The position numbers and the translations under genes are program-made. The notes below the pieces were generated by a model. It was not told where the DNA came from. It made no database searches and saw only the letters and a list, made by a program, of their open reading frames with translations. A stretch of 53,431 nt of DNA, taken from positions 1-53,431 of IMG/VR virus record IMGVR_UViG_3300037518_000174. The stretch is one strand, 5' to 3'. The stretch comes from a virus (lineage: Duplodnaviria; Caudoviricetes). Below are positions 53,305 through 53,431 of this stretch, one piece after another (within the stretch, counting starts at the first letter, position 1; each line of letters opens with the position of its first letter).

Positions 53305-53431
53305 GCGTCGCGGAGCGTGACGCTGATCGCGTCGAGAGTGAATGTATTTCCGCTAGTAACCCCCTGAGGGCTGCTTAATGGGCCAGTCGCTATCAACGTA
53401 TCCGAGCCGTTCGTCAAAGCCCAATGAGTTG
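53305..53431. repeat. 127-bp exact terminal direct repeat (copy 2)
   Basis: Identical to bases 1-127. Confidence 0.95.

Noticed and set aside
53305-53431. Terminal repeat as a biological direct terminal repeat
   Set aside because: It is exactly 127 bp (a typical k-mer size) and cuts through the middle of a gene, so an assembly overlap of a circular or permuted genome explains it better.
1-53431. Stop-codon reassignment
   Set aside because: Core genes are intact and densely packed in the standard code, and TAA, TAG and TGA all terminate genes.

Overview
The window is a complete, circularly closed temperate podovirus-type phage genome of 53,304 bp. Bases 1-127 are repeated exactly at 53305-53431, most likely an assembly overlap, and one ORF reads through that join. 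The layout is lambdoid/P22-like. A cro/cI switch with four AAGCTTGCTT operators sits at ~26.4-27.1 kb. A + strand early arm (27.1-39.1 kb) carries recombination genes, a tyrosine integrase and an attP matching the 3' half of tRNA-Ala(CGC). A - strand arm carries nin-like genes, a Q-like antiterminator, terS/terL, portal, GroES, scaffold, capsid, P22 gp4/gp10/gp7-like tail and ejection genes, a tailspike and an M15 endolysin. The most unusual element is at 16.1-21.0 kb: the first genes behind the putative Q-controlled late promoter encode signal-peptide-bearing, Cys-rich extracellular proteins. Two of the genes in that cassette are clear paralogs of genes in the virion module, and the cassette repeats the module's 'long fibre with C-terminal hydrophobic-Gly tail + ~100-aa base protein' gene pair, so it looks like an exported copy of a virion spike module. 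Also notable: a four-enzyme modification cluster among the head-decoration genes (glycosyltransferase-like, methyltransferase, 2OG-Fe(II) oxygenase, sulfotransferase), two cloverleaf/multibranch ncRNA candidates, an Xis-like domain fused to the integrase, and a relic integrase tail next to attP. All calls come from motif recognition by eye; no database searches were run.
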